The position numbers and the translations under genes are program-made. A stretch of 64,000 nt of DNA from Candidatus Eiseniibacteriota bacterium (GTDB lineage Bacteria; Eisenbacteria; RBG-16-71-46; CAZAMP01), in NCBI GenBank assembly GCA_965224245.1, contig OZ245046.1, forward strand, positions 1,632,001 through 1,696,000, in the 5' to 3' direction. Within the stretch, counting starts at the first letter, position 1; every line of letters begins with the position of its first letter. Shown here piece by piece: positions 55,974 through 64,000 of the stretch. The notes beneath the pieces are model-generated. The model was not told the origin of the DNA. It was given only the letters and a program-made list of their open reading frames with translations, and ran no database searches.

Positions 55974-58859
55974 GTGAGTCCCGTTCGCACGAGCCTCTCG
56001 CGCGTCCTCCTGGCATCGCTGGCGCTGACGTCGTGCGGCGGGGACGAGGCACCGGCCCCGTTCCCCGCCGACGTCCGGCGCGGCGTCGTCGGATCGTACC
56101 GGCTGACCGGCGGCGACTGGAGCTACTCTCGCCCCGCCTACTCGTATCGCTACCAGCACGCGTGGGCGCGCCTGTCGGTGTTCGACGCGCCGGCCGTGAC
56201 CTGCGATGCGGTTCGCATCACGCAGCCGCCGGGCCAGGGGCCGCCGTTCGCGGGGCTCGAGAATCGCTTCGCGGCGACCGAGATCGAGCTCTACCTCGGT
56301 GACGATCCGAGCGGCGAGGCGCCGGGCGATCCGGATCGGAACATCCTGACGTCGGAGCGTCTGGCCGACACGTCGGCGGATGGGTCGGTCTCCCCCGACC
56401 GCGGCCCGGAGAACGCCGTGGACGGCCGCGTCGCGAGCGACGCTGCGGGACCTCGCTGGGAGTCGCCGTCGACACCGACCGCGCACTGGATCGCGTTCAC
56501 GTTTCGGGAGCCGGTCACGTGGAGCCGTCTCGTCGTCTACTGGCCCTGGGTGCACGTTCCCAGTGCCTGGCATCCCGATCGCACGCGGACCGTCGTGGAC
56601 GGGCTCCGCGCATCGACCCTGATCGTCGAGGCCCGCATCGACGGCGAGTGGAGACGCGTCGAGGTGACCGAGCGGCGCCCCGCCTCGAGGTTCGACGGAC
56701 GCTTCATCCAGGAGCGTCTCGGTCTCGACGTCCGTCCCACGGCCCGGCTGTCGCATCTCGATCACCATGCGCGCTGGCGCGAGGACATCCGACCCGATTC
56801 CGCGGCGGCGCCGTCCGGGCTCGACTGCATCGTCGCTCGCGACTGGCGCATCGTGCTGCCACCTTCCGCGGGTGCGCTCGAGCGACTCGCGGCCCGCGAG
56901 CTCCGGGACACGCTCGAACGGCTGGGCGTCCCGGGTCTTCCGATCGACGCGCTCGAGAAGGGCGCCGGCCCGGGGGACGTGGGGTCGAAACGCATCGTGA
57001 TCGGAACGGTGGCCCACGTGAACGCGCTCGTCCCCACGATCCCGGTCGCCGGAGCCGACTCGCTCCTGAACGCGTGCGACACGGCCGAGGCCCACACCGT
57101 CATCGTGGAGCCCACGCGCGTGTGGGCGCTGGGCGCCGATGCCATGGGAGCCCGGTATGCGGCATGTCGCCTCGAGGAGCGGCTGCGCTCGCGCGGCGGC
57201 CCGTTCGTCCGGATCGGTGGCGAGACCCGACGGCCCGCGTTCCGGCCCCGCGCGGCCGCCGGCATCGCGTTCGGAGAGGGCGGTCCGGACGAGCTCGGCT
57301 TTCCGGACGCGTACCTCTCCCTCTTCGCCCACCACTACCTCGACGCGGTGCTCATCTTCCAGAACGGGTTCTACCTGAGCAGCCCCGGCGCGGTCGTCGG
57401 GTCCTCGCTCGACCCCGCGCTCGGCGCGGACGACGCGAAGATCGCGCAGCTGAACGGTCTCGTCCGGCGGGCCGCGGCGCACGGTCTCGGCGTGTACTGG
57501 ATGGTCTCGGTGCCGGGCGCTCTCCCGGCGGACGTGTACGAACGGCACCCCGATCTGCGCGGTCGAAACCCCCAGCCGCACGTGATCTGCCTCGGCACCG
57601 ACGCCGGACGCGAGTACGTGCGCGACACGATCACCCGCGTGGCGCGCGCGCTCCCCGGGCTCCGGGGGCTCGTGGTGCTTCGCTCGGAGCTGAGTCACAC
57701 GTGCGGCGGGCGGCTGCTGTGTCCGGGATGTCGCGATCGATTCGAGCCGGACGAGGATCCCGCGCAACGCCTCTTCGACTGGGTGGCCGAGGCGGCGGCG
57801 ACGGAGAACCCGGCGCTGGAGGTGATCGCGTTCGACTGGCGAGCGGGTGGCCTGCCGGCCGTCGACGAGACGCGGCTTCCGCCGGGGATCGCGTTCTGGA
57901 CGCGCCCGCAGACGAGCGGCCCGACCCCCGAGAACGACCTCCAGTCCATCGAGCCGTCCCCCGCGTTCCTCCGGACGATCGAGACGATGGAGCCCTCGCG
58001 ACGGCTGTGGATCGAGGGACAGCTCTCGCACGCGTTCCCGCTCCACACGATCCCCGAGCTCCCGGTCCCGTCCACGTACTGGCGGAAGTGGACGCGCGTT
58101 CGCGCGCGCGTCGCGGAGCGCGCCCCGGGTGCGCCGCTGCCCGCGTTCGCGATGGGAAACGGGTCGGGCCTCGCGCCGTTCCCGATGGTGCGGCTCGGGC
58201 TCGGGACGCTCCTGTGGGATCCCCTGCCGCCGAGGCGCGACGCGCTCGCCGCGCTGGCCACCGACACGTTCGGCGCACGCGCCGTGGACGCGGTGCTCGA
58301 TGCGTGGCGGCACTTCGACGATGCGCTCGCGCGCTACACCCGGATCGACAAGTACGTCACACGCGCGACGCTCATCGACCCGCCGGGGACGGGTCGCCTT
58401 CTGGCCTCGGACGACCTCGTCGTCGCCCTCGACGGGCTGTGCGCGGAGTGGGCGTCGGGAGCGGTGCGCCTGCACGACGCGCTCGAGGTGACACCGGCCG
58501 TGCGGCTCGACCGCGCCCGCGCGCACGTGGCGATGGCCGACGCGGCGCTGTCGACGCTGCGGAGCTGGCGGCACGCGGTGACGTGGGCGCACGAGATCGG
58601 TGACACCTGGGTCGACGGCGCTCCGCCGTCGAGCGCGACGGCGGAGCGCGTTCCCGACCGGCACGTGGATCTCGCGCGGCGCCTCCTCGACGAGGAGATC
58701 GCGAACACCGAGGCCTACGTGGCGATCATCTCCCGCGACGGCGTCTTCCGATCGCACCCGTACTACCGCGACTGGTTCACGCTGGACGTGATCGTGGAGA
58801 AGCTCCAGCGGATGCGCGAGGTGCGCGATGCGCTCGCGCGCCGAGAGGTCACCGGCTGA
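55974..58859 (+). CDS. Large lipoprotein with discoidin-like domain, GH20/GH67-type N-domain and putative TIM-barrel (glycoside hydrolase-like)
   Basis: Lipobox LTSC; PENAVDG..RWES…HWIAF (F5/8C-like); AARELRDTL…IVIGT…GADAMGARYA…PAFRPR; AAAHGLGVY. Confidence 0.55.
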   Translation: MSPVRTSLSRVLLASLALTSCGGDEAPAPFPADVRRGVVGSYRLTGGDWSYSRPAYSYRYQHAWARLSVFDAPAVTCDAVRITQPPGQGPPFAGLENRFAATEIELYLGDDPSGEAPGDPDRNILTSERLADTSADGSVSPDRGPENAVDGRVASDAAGPRWESPSTPTAHWIAFTFREPVTWSRLVVYWPWVHVPSAWHPDRTRTVVDGLRASTLIVEARIDGEWRRVEVTERRPASRFDGRFIQERLGLDVRPTARLSHLDHHARWREDIRPDSAAAPSGLDCIVARDWRIVLPPSAGALERLAARELRDTLERLGVPGLPIDALEKGAGPGDVGSKRIVIGTVAHVNALVPTIPVAGADSLLNACDTAEAHTVIVEPTRVWALGADAMGARYAACRLEERLRSRGGPFVRIGGETRRPAFRPRAAAGIAFGEGGPDELGFPDAYLSLFAHHYLDAVLIFQNGFYLSSPGAVVGSSLDPALGADDAKIAQLNGLVRRAAAHGLGVYWMVSVPGALPADVYERHPDLRGRNPQPHVICLGTDAGREYVRDTITRVARALPGLRGLVVLRSELSHTCGGRLLCPGCRDRFEPDEDPAQRLFDWVAEAAATENPALEVIAFDWRAGGLPAVDETRLPPGIAFWTRPQTSGPTPENDLQSIEPSPAFLRTIETMEPSRRLWIEGQLSHAFPLHTIPELPVPSTYWRKWTRVRARVAERAPGAPLPAFAMGNGSGLAPFPMVRLGLGTLLWDPLPPRRDALAALATDTFGARAVDAVLDAWRHFDDALARYTRIDKYVTRATLIDPPGTGRLLASDDLVVALDGLCAEWASGAVRLHDALEVTPAVRLDRARAHVAMADAALSTLRSWRHAVTWAHEIGDTWVDGAPPSSATAERVPDRHVDLARRLLDEEIANTEAYVAIISRDGVFRSHPYYRDWFTLDVIVEKLQRMREVRDALARREVTG

Positions 58860-60867
58860 CGAGGTGGGGTCGCCGCTCCCCTCCGGCGGTCGTGAACGCC
58901 CCGCCGAGCACGAGGGAGTCGCCGGTCGCCTGGATCGCGAACACGGCGGCGTCGGGCCCGCTCCCGATGGCGCTCCACGCGTGCCCGTCCCACGACGCGA
59001 CGTTGCGGATCGACGCGTCGGCCCGGTGGACGAACAGGCCGGCCACCACGAGGCCCTTCCGCCAGGGCGCGAGCGCATGAACGCGGGGCGTCCGGCCGTC
59101 GGGCGGCGCGGACAGGCTCTCGTCGAGGGCGCCCCATCGTGAGCCGGTCCATCGGGCGACGAGCGGCGCCCGCGTGGGGCCCGACCGTTCGAAGAAGCCG
59201 CCGGCCACCAGCGATCCGTTCCACTCGCCGAGCGCGAGCACGCCCCCGTCGAGCCCGTGCCCGAGGGCCTGCCAGCGCACACCATCCCAGAGCGCGACGC
59301 CGGGCGCGGGGATCCCGCCCACCGAACCGAACGCGCCGCCGGCGATCAGCTGGTCGCCCCGCGCGAGAAGCGCGTACACGCGCCCGCCGGGCGCCCCGCC
59401 GATCGGGCGCCAGGTCTCGCCGTCGAACCGCGCGAGATTGGTCGCCCCCCCGGCGTGGAGATCGCCGCCGGCCACGAGATCACCCCGATGCGAGGCCAGC
59501 GCGAACACGGTCCCCTCGACGCCGTTTCCGATCGGGGACCAGCGCGTGCCATCCCATGCGGCCACGCGTGCCGCGGTCGCACCGCCGGCGCGCGCGAACG
59601 AACCGCCCGCCACGAGCTGCCCCGCGTGAACGACCAGGGCGTGAACGTCCCCGTCGACGCCGTCCCCGAGCCCCCGCCACGTCCGGCCATCCCAGCTCGC
59701 GACGTGATGCGCGTCGACGTCGCCGGCTCGCTGGAACGCACCCGCCGCGACCAGGCGGCCGTCGTATCGCGCCAGCGCGAGGACCGCTCCGTCCACGCTG
59801 CCCGTCCCGCCGAGCGCGCGCCAGTGATCGTTCTCGACGATCGCGACGTGGGACGACGTGTGCGCGCCGGCGGTCCGGAAGCGTCCGCCGATCACGGGGT
59901 CGGATCGGAACGACCCCACGGCGAACACGGCGCCGTCGGCGCCGCCGTCGATCGCGTCCCATCGATGACCGTTCCACGCCGCGACGTGCCGCACCGATCG
60001 CGAACCCGAACGCTCGAACCATCCGCCGGCCACGAGCCGGCCGGCGATCACGGCCAGCGCCTCCACGCCGTCGTCGAAGCCGTCACCCAGCGGCTCCCAG
60101 GCCCCTCCGGTCCAGCGGGCCACGCTCGCGCAGGGGACGCCGCCGGCACGCGCAAACCATCCGCCCGCCACGAGACCGGCGGACGTGCTGGCGAGCGCGG
60201 TGACCGCATCGTCGAGGCGACTCGCGAGCGGACGCCAGGCGACCCCGGTCCATCGCGACACGTAGTGAGGACCGTCGGGGCCGTCGAACTCGCCGCCGAC
60301 GACGATGACGCCGTCGTGCGACACGATCGCATGGGCGGTACCCGACGGGGGGCGTCCGAGCGGTCGCCACGCGGCGCCGTCCCAGCGAGCAACCGACACG
60401 GACGTGTCGCTCCCCTCGAGGTGCATGCGCCCCACCGCGACGAGATCGGAGCCGATGCGCGCGAGGTCGTGCACGTCACCGGACAGCTCCGGTCCGAGAG
60501 GCATCCACGCCGCGCCGGTCCAGCGGGCCACGGCGTGCCACGCGGGATCGTCGCCGATCCGGAATCGACCCGCGATGGTGATGGCCGCGCCATCGGACGC
60601 GGCGACCCGCACGATTCCGTCGACGCCGTCTCCGATCGCGCTCCACGTCCGGCCGTCGAAGCGGGCGATGCCGCGGGCGCGGCGCGCGCCGGCCGCGGTG
60701 AACGCTCCGGCGACGACGAGCGCGTCCCGGTGCTCGATCACGTCCCAGACCGGGCTGCTGACGCCGTCGGGGGTGAAGCGCGGGGACCAGGACGGGGGCT
60801 CGTCGGAGGAGGCGGCCCGGGCGAGGCCGCACGACGAGAGCACGATCGCGAGAATGTACCGCCGCAT
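58849..60867 (-). CDS. Secreted beta-propeller repeat protein (about 14 repeats of about 46 aa)
   Basis: Repeat WxxLGxGxDGxVxAL…LVAGGxFxxAG…VARWDG; signal peptide. Confidence 0.8.
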   Translation of the reverse strand: MRRYILAIVLSSCGLARAASSDEPPSWSPRFTPDGVSSPVWDVIEHRDALVVAGAFTAAGARRARGIARFDGRTWSAIGDGVDGIVRVAASDGAAITIAGRFRIGDDPAWHAVARWTGAAWMPLGPELSGDVHDLARIGSDLVAVGRMHLEGSDTSVSVARWDGAAWRPLGRPPSGTAHAIVSHDGVIVVGGEFDGPDGPHYVSRWTGVAWRPLASRLDDAVTALASTSAGLVAGGWFARAGGVPCASVARWTGGAWEPLGDGFDDGVEALAVIAGRLVAGGWFERSGSRSVRHVAAWNGHRWDAIDGGADGAVFAVGSFRSDPVIGGRFRTAGAHTSSHVAIVENDHWRALGGTGSVDGAVLALARYDGRLVAAGAFQRAGDVDAHHVASWDGRTWRGLGDGVDGDVHALVVHAGQLVAGGSFARAGGATAARVAAWDGTRWSPIGNGVEGTVFALASHRGDLVAGGDLHAGGATNLARFDGETWRPIGGAPGGRVYALLARGDQLIAGGAFGSVGGIPAPGVALWDGVRWQALGHGLDGGVLALGEWNGSLVAGGFFERSGPTRAPLVARWTGSRWGALDESLSAPPDGRTPRVHALAPWRKGLVVAGLFVHRADASIRNVASWDGHAWSAIGSGPDAAVFAIQATGDSLVLGGAFTTAGGERRPHLVSR

Positions 60868-61046
60868 CCGAGCACGCCTCATCGAGCGTCCGGCATCGAC
60901 CGTCGGCGCCGGACCGATCGCGGCATCGTACGTGAACCGGATCGGTTGTCCAGGGAATGTCGGCCGCGTGCCGGCGGGCTTTCGCCGAGACGCTCTCGGG
61001 AGCCCCGTGCTATCGTTGGCGGTCGTCAGATCTCGGAGGCACGATC

Positions 61047-62444
61047 ATTCGAACGGGCGATCACAACACGGCGCGTCTCGGGATCGTGGCCTCCATGCTG
61101 GGAGCGATCACGTTCGGCTGCTCGGCCGACCGCCCCGACATCATCCTGATCTCGATCGACACGCTCCGGCCCGATCACCTGGGTCTGTACGGCTACGAGC
61201 GCCCCACGTCACCGAACCTCGATCGCTGGTTCGCCGATGCCGCGCGCTTCGAGCGCTGCTACGCGACCGAGGCCAGCACGTCTCCGAGCGTCGTGAGCAT
61301 GCTGAGCGGGCGTTACCCGGACGAGCATCGCGTGCGCCTCCTCTATCAGCTCGTCCCCCCCGATCTGGAGCTGGTGACCGACTGGCTCCCCGACGAGTAC
61401 CAGACGGCGGCGGTGGTCTCGAACATCGTCCTGACCGACGAGGCCAGTGGGCTGGCCCGGTACTTCCAGTTCTACGACGACTTCGTGGACGAGAAGGAGC
61501 CCTACCGCGTCAACTACGAGCGGAACGCGCGGCGGACCACCGACGCGGCGCTCCGCTGGCTGCGGGAGGCCCGGGACCCCGAGCGCCCGCTGTTCCTGTG
61601 GGTCCACTACATCGACCCCCACGGTCCGTACCATCCACCGGACGACTGGACGCCCTCGTTCACCCACGTCGGCTTCGTGCCGCTGGAGACCGAACGCGTG
61701 CTCGCTTATCAGATCGAGCCCGGGATCGACGACGCTCTGACCTACGTCGATCGCTACGACGAGGAGATCGCGTACATGGACGCGCACGTGGGGCGACTCA
61801 TGGACGTTTACGCGGAGACGCGACCCATCGACGAGGCGTTCGTCGTCTTCACGTCCGATCACGGCGAGAGCATGATCGAGCACGAGAGGTGGTTCACACA
61901 CGGCTATCACGTGTACGACGAGATCGCGCGCGTTCCGCTGCTGATCCGCGGCCCCGGCATCGCCGCGGGTTCCCACGACGCGCTCGTGTCGGGCATCGAC
62001 GTCGTTCCGACGATTCTCCGCATGGCCGGTGTCTCGGTCCCCTCGGAGCTTCGCGGGTACGACCTCGCCGATCCCGGGGCGGTGCCCCGCGATCGGATGG
62101 TCTTCACCGAGGGTACCCAGGAGCAGTACTCCCTTCGCGCGGCGGTGCAGGGCCAGGGCAAGTGGATCGCGCTGATCGCGAAGGGGTCGTATCAGGTTCT
62201 GGACCGGCGCTTCTACGATCTCGCCGGGGATCCCGAGGAGATGACCCAGATCTCGTGGGACGATCGCGAAGGGGGCGCCGGCGAGGCCGGCACCCGCCTC
62301 CTGGAGCTGATCGCCTCGGATCCCGATCCCGGAGGGCTGCCCGACGCCTACAGCGCCGGGATGCGGCTGCGCGCGCCGAAGATCGCGCCGAGGGTGTCCG
62401 AGGAGGACCTCGAGCGACTCCGATCCCTCGGCTACGTCAACTGA
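61047..62444 (+). CDS. Sulfatase / alkaline-phosphatase superfamily protein, probable lipoprotein; start uncertain
   Basis: IILISIDTLRPDHL, TSPNLD, STSPSVVSMLSGRYP, FLWVHYIDPHGPY, YDEEIAYMD, TSDHGE, LRSLGY. Confidence 0.85.
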   Translation: MRTGDHNTARLGIVASMLGAITFGCSADRPDIILISIDTLRPDHLGLYGYERPTSPNLDRWFADAARFERCYATEASTSPSVVSMLSGRYPDEHRVRLLYQLVPPDLELVTDWLPDEYQTAAVVSNIVLTDEASGLARYFQFYDDFVDEKEPYRVNYERNARRTTDAALRWLREARDPERPLFLWVHYIDPHGPYHPPDDWTPSFTHVGFVPLETERVLAYQIEPGIDDALTYVDRYDEEIAYMDAHVGRLMDVYAETRPIDEAFVVFTSDHGESMIEHERWFTHGYHVYDEIARVPLLIRGPGIAAGSHDALVSGIDVVPTILRMAGVSVPSELRGYDLADPGAVPRDRMVFTEGTQEQYSLRAAVQGQGKWIALIAKGSYQVLDRRFYDLAGDPEEMTQISWDDREGGAGEAGTRLLELIASDPDPGGLPDAYSAGMRLRAPKIAPRVSEEDLERLRSLGYVN

Positions 62445-62501
62445 TGCGGCGGGTGACGCGCTCGCCTCGTCGGCTCACGCGTCACGTGCAGGTCGGGCCG
62501 G

Positions 62502-63188
62502 CTACTTGCCGTACGTGTCCTTGATCCGTCCCCAGCTCGTCTCCTGCACCGGAGTCGCGTCGGCGTACACCAGCGTCAGGTCGTCGATCATCGCGCGCGG
62601 CTTCGAGTACTCGTCGCCGTAGGTCGCGTAGAACACCAGCTGATCGAAGTCCGCCCCCGATACCTCGAGCGTCGTCACGGCCACGTTGTCGCGGCCTCCG
62701 AGGTCGGAGATCACGAACGAATCGCTGGCGACCACCGACCCGCCGTCGAGAGCATCCAGGTGAAACTCGATGCCTCCCCAGACACCGTTCTCGTAGTACG
62801 CCAGATCGAACGATGCGGACGTGACCACGCCCCCGAGATCCATGGTGACGTTCGACAGGCCGCCGATCGAGAGGTTGTCTCCCGGAACCCACGCGATGCC
62901 GAACGTCAGGGCGTTCACCGGGCTTCCGTACCCGGGGAAGTCCGCGTACAGGAGACCGGCGTTCTCCACGATGAACTCGTCGTCCGGCGCGGGTTCGAAC
63001 GTCTCGCCGCTGGGAAACACGCCGGATACCGTGTTCAGGTCGTGGTAGGTCACGCCCATGTGCATGAGCGGGTCGCCCTGGGGTCCTTCGGTCAGGTCTT
63101 CGTAGTCGATGACGATGGTGCCGGCCCCGGCCCCACCGGCGATGAGCAGGACGGCCGCGGCCGAGGCGAGCGTGGTGATCGCATTCAT
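62502..63188 (-). CDS. Secreted hypothetical protein with C-terminal SWGxIKxxY tail
   Basis: GGAGGAG RBS; signal peptide; IDYED…AMIDDL beta-sandwich-like body; ends ATPVQETSWGRIKDTYGK. Confidence 0.8.
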   Translation of the reverse strand: MNAITTLASAAAVLLIAGGAGAGTIVIDYEDLTEGPQGDPLMHMGVTYHDLNTVSGVFPSGETFEPAPDDEFIVENAGLLYADFPGYGSPVNALTFGIAWVPGDNLSIGGLSNVTMDLGGVVTSASFDLAYYENGVWGGIEFHLDALDGGSVVASDSFVISDLGGRDNVAVTTLEVSGADFDQLVFYATYGDEYSKPRAMIDDLTLVYADATPVQETSWGRIKDTYGK

Positions 63189-63387
63189 GGATGACACTCC
63201 TCCAGAGTTGTAGACGCTGCGTGGGCTCCGCGAGATGACCGATCCCGGAACGGGACGACACACGGAGTCGAGTCGTCGCCCGGCACCAGGAACGGCGAGC
63301 GGGAGTCTATCACGATCGGCTCCAGGGCGTGCGGGCGCGCGGGCGCATCCGGAGCACCCGGGAGCACTCCGTCACCGTCATGTCGGG

Positions 63388-64000
63388 CTAGTCGGTCCGT
63401 TCCAGAAGCGCGTCCTCCGCGGCGTACCGGGCCTCCAGGTCGTCCGGCGGCGCCGGCATGTTCTCGCGTTCCCAGGCGACCGTCCGGGCGAGCGCGTCGG
63501 GTCGCGGCGTCACCTCCGCGTAGCCGAGCTCCTCCCGGATCCGGGACGAGTCGGCCACCAGATGCTGGTCGGTGCGCATGCCGGGCTCGAGGTGCGGCAG
63601 GCCGTCCGATGCGGACACGACCCGGACGTCCCCCCGCCATCCGGCCGCGCCACCGATGGTGGCCGCCCACTCGGACTCGGTCAGTGCGCGCGCCTCCCCC
63701 ACGTTGTAGGTGTGATCTCCGGGTTCCCGGTCGATCACCGCGCGAACGATGGCGGCCGCCATGTCCGCGACGTAGCCCCGCGTCACGCGCCATCCCGCCA
63801 GCGCGCGGTCGAGGAGCAGCGCCGGGCGCGCGTCCAGCATCGGCCGCAGGTAGGCGCTCATCCGGTGCTGTCGATCTCGCGGGCCGTACACCATGGGGAG
63901 GCGGAGGACGACGGTCTCGACGCCGGGGGCACTGCGGTACGCGCGCTCGACGAGGATCTTGTCGTAGTCGTCGAGGTGGCGATGGGGATCGTCCGCCCCC
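63388..64000 (-). CDS. NAD-dependent epimerase/dehydratase family protein (5' end outside the window)
   Basis: YDKILVER, VLRLPMVYGPRD, YVADMAAAI, YNVGE, DSSRIREELGY. Confidence 0.8.
   Translation of the reverse strand, partial: GADDPHRHLDDYDKILVERAYRSAPGVETVVLRLPMVYGPRDRQHRMSAYLRPMLDARPALLLDRALAGWRVTRGYVADMAAAIVRAVIDREPGDHTYNVGEARALTESEWAATIGGAAGWRGDVRVVSASDGLPHLEPGMRTDQHLVADSSRIREELGYAEVTPRPDALARTVAWERENMPAPPDDLEARYAAEDALLERTD

Noticed and set aside
58849-60867. Periodic DNA similarity resembling a CRISPR or repeat array
   Set aside because: Degenerate protein-coding repeats; no identical direct repeats with spacers and no cas genes

Overview
High-GC bacterial chromosomal segment with about 46 CDS. 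I found no rRNA, tRNA, CRISPR array, IS element or prophage. The gene repertoire (PorV-family barrel, FlgD/T9SS-like C-terminal domains, C-terminal SWGxIKxxY tails, FCB-type LptE) suggests an FCB-related lineage such as Eisenbacteria, Krumholzibacteriota or Latescibacterota; this is inference. From 0 to 22 kb all genes are on the + strand: a wbpA/epimerase/wbpB/wbpD/wbpE sugar cluster, lhr-nei, PorV-SPOR, an RfbE-like epimerase, an Fn3-CTD protein, PAS kinase + sigma54 regulator, lptE-holA, trxA and a PEGA lipoprotein. A near-canonical dif site lies at 22401-22428. A - strand run converges on it: murJ-uvrC-ogt-xerD, an OMP, a YqhH-like SNF2, a YqhG-like protein, a secreted M3-like pseudo-peptidase and a TPR protein. 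The window therefore probably spans the replication terminus. From 34 to 64 kb the content is envelope/accessory: secreted proteins, a CocE hydrolase, two membrane/spermidine-synthase fusions, a MacAB-type exporter, a cytochrome c'-cupredoxin + kinase + porin module, a GT2 glycosylation locus, a beta-propeller protein and an atypical sulfatase. Best candidates for new biology: (i) a short C-terminal PVQExSWGxIKxxYG tail shared by two unrelated secreted proteins, alongside T9SS-like parts; (ii) the heme/type-1-copper fusion sensor module; (iii) the SNF2/YqhG/pseudo-peptidase gene run. Two single-base frameshifts (nei and an ICMT-family gene) look like assembly errors.
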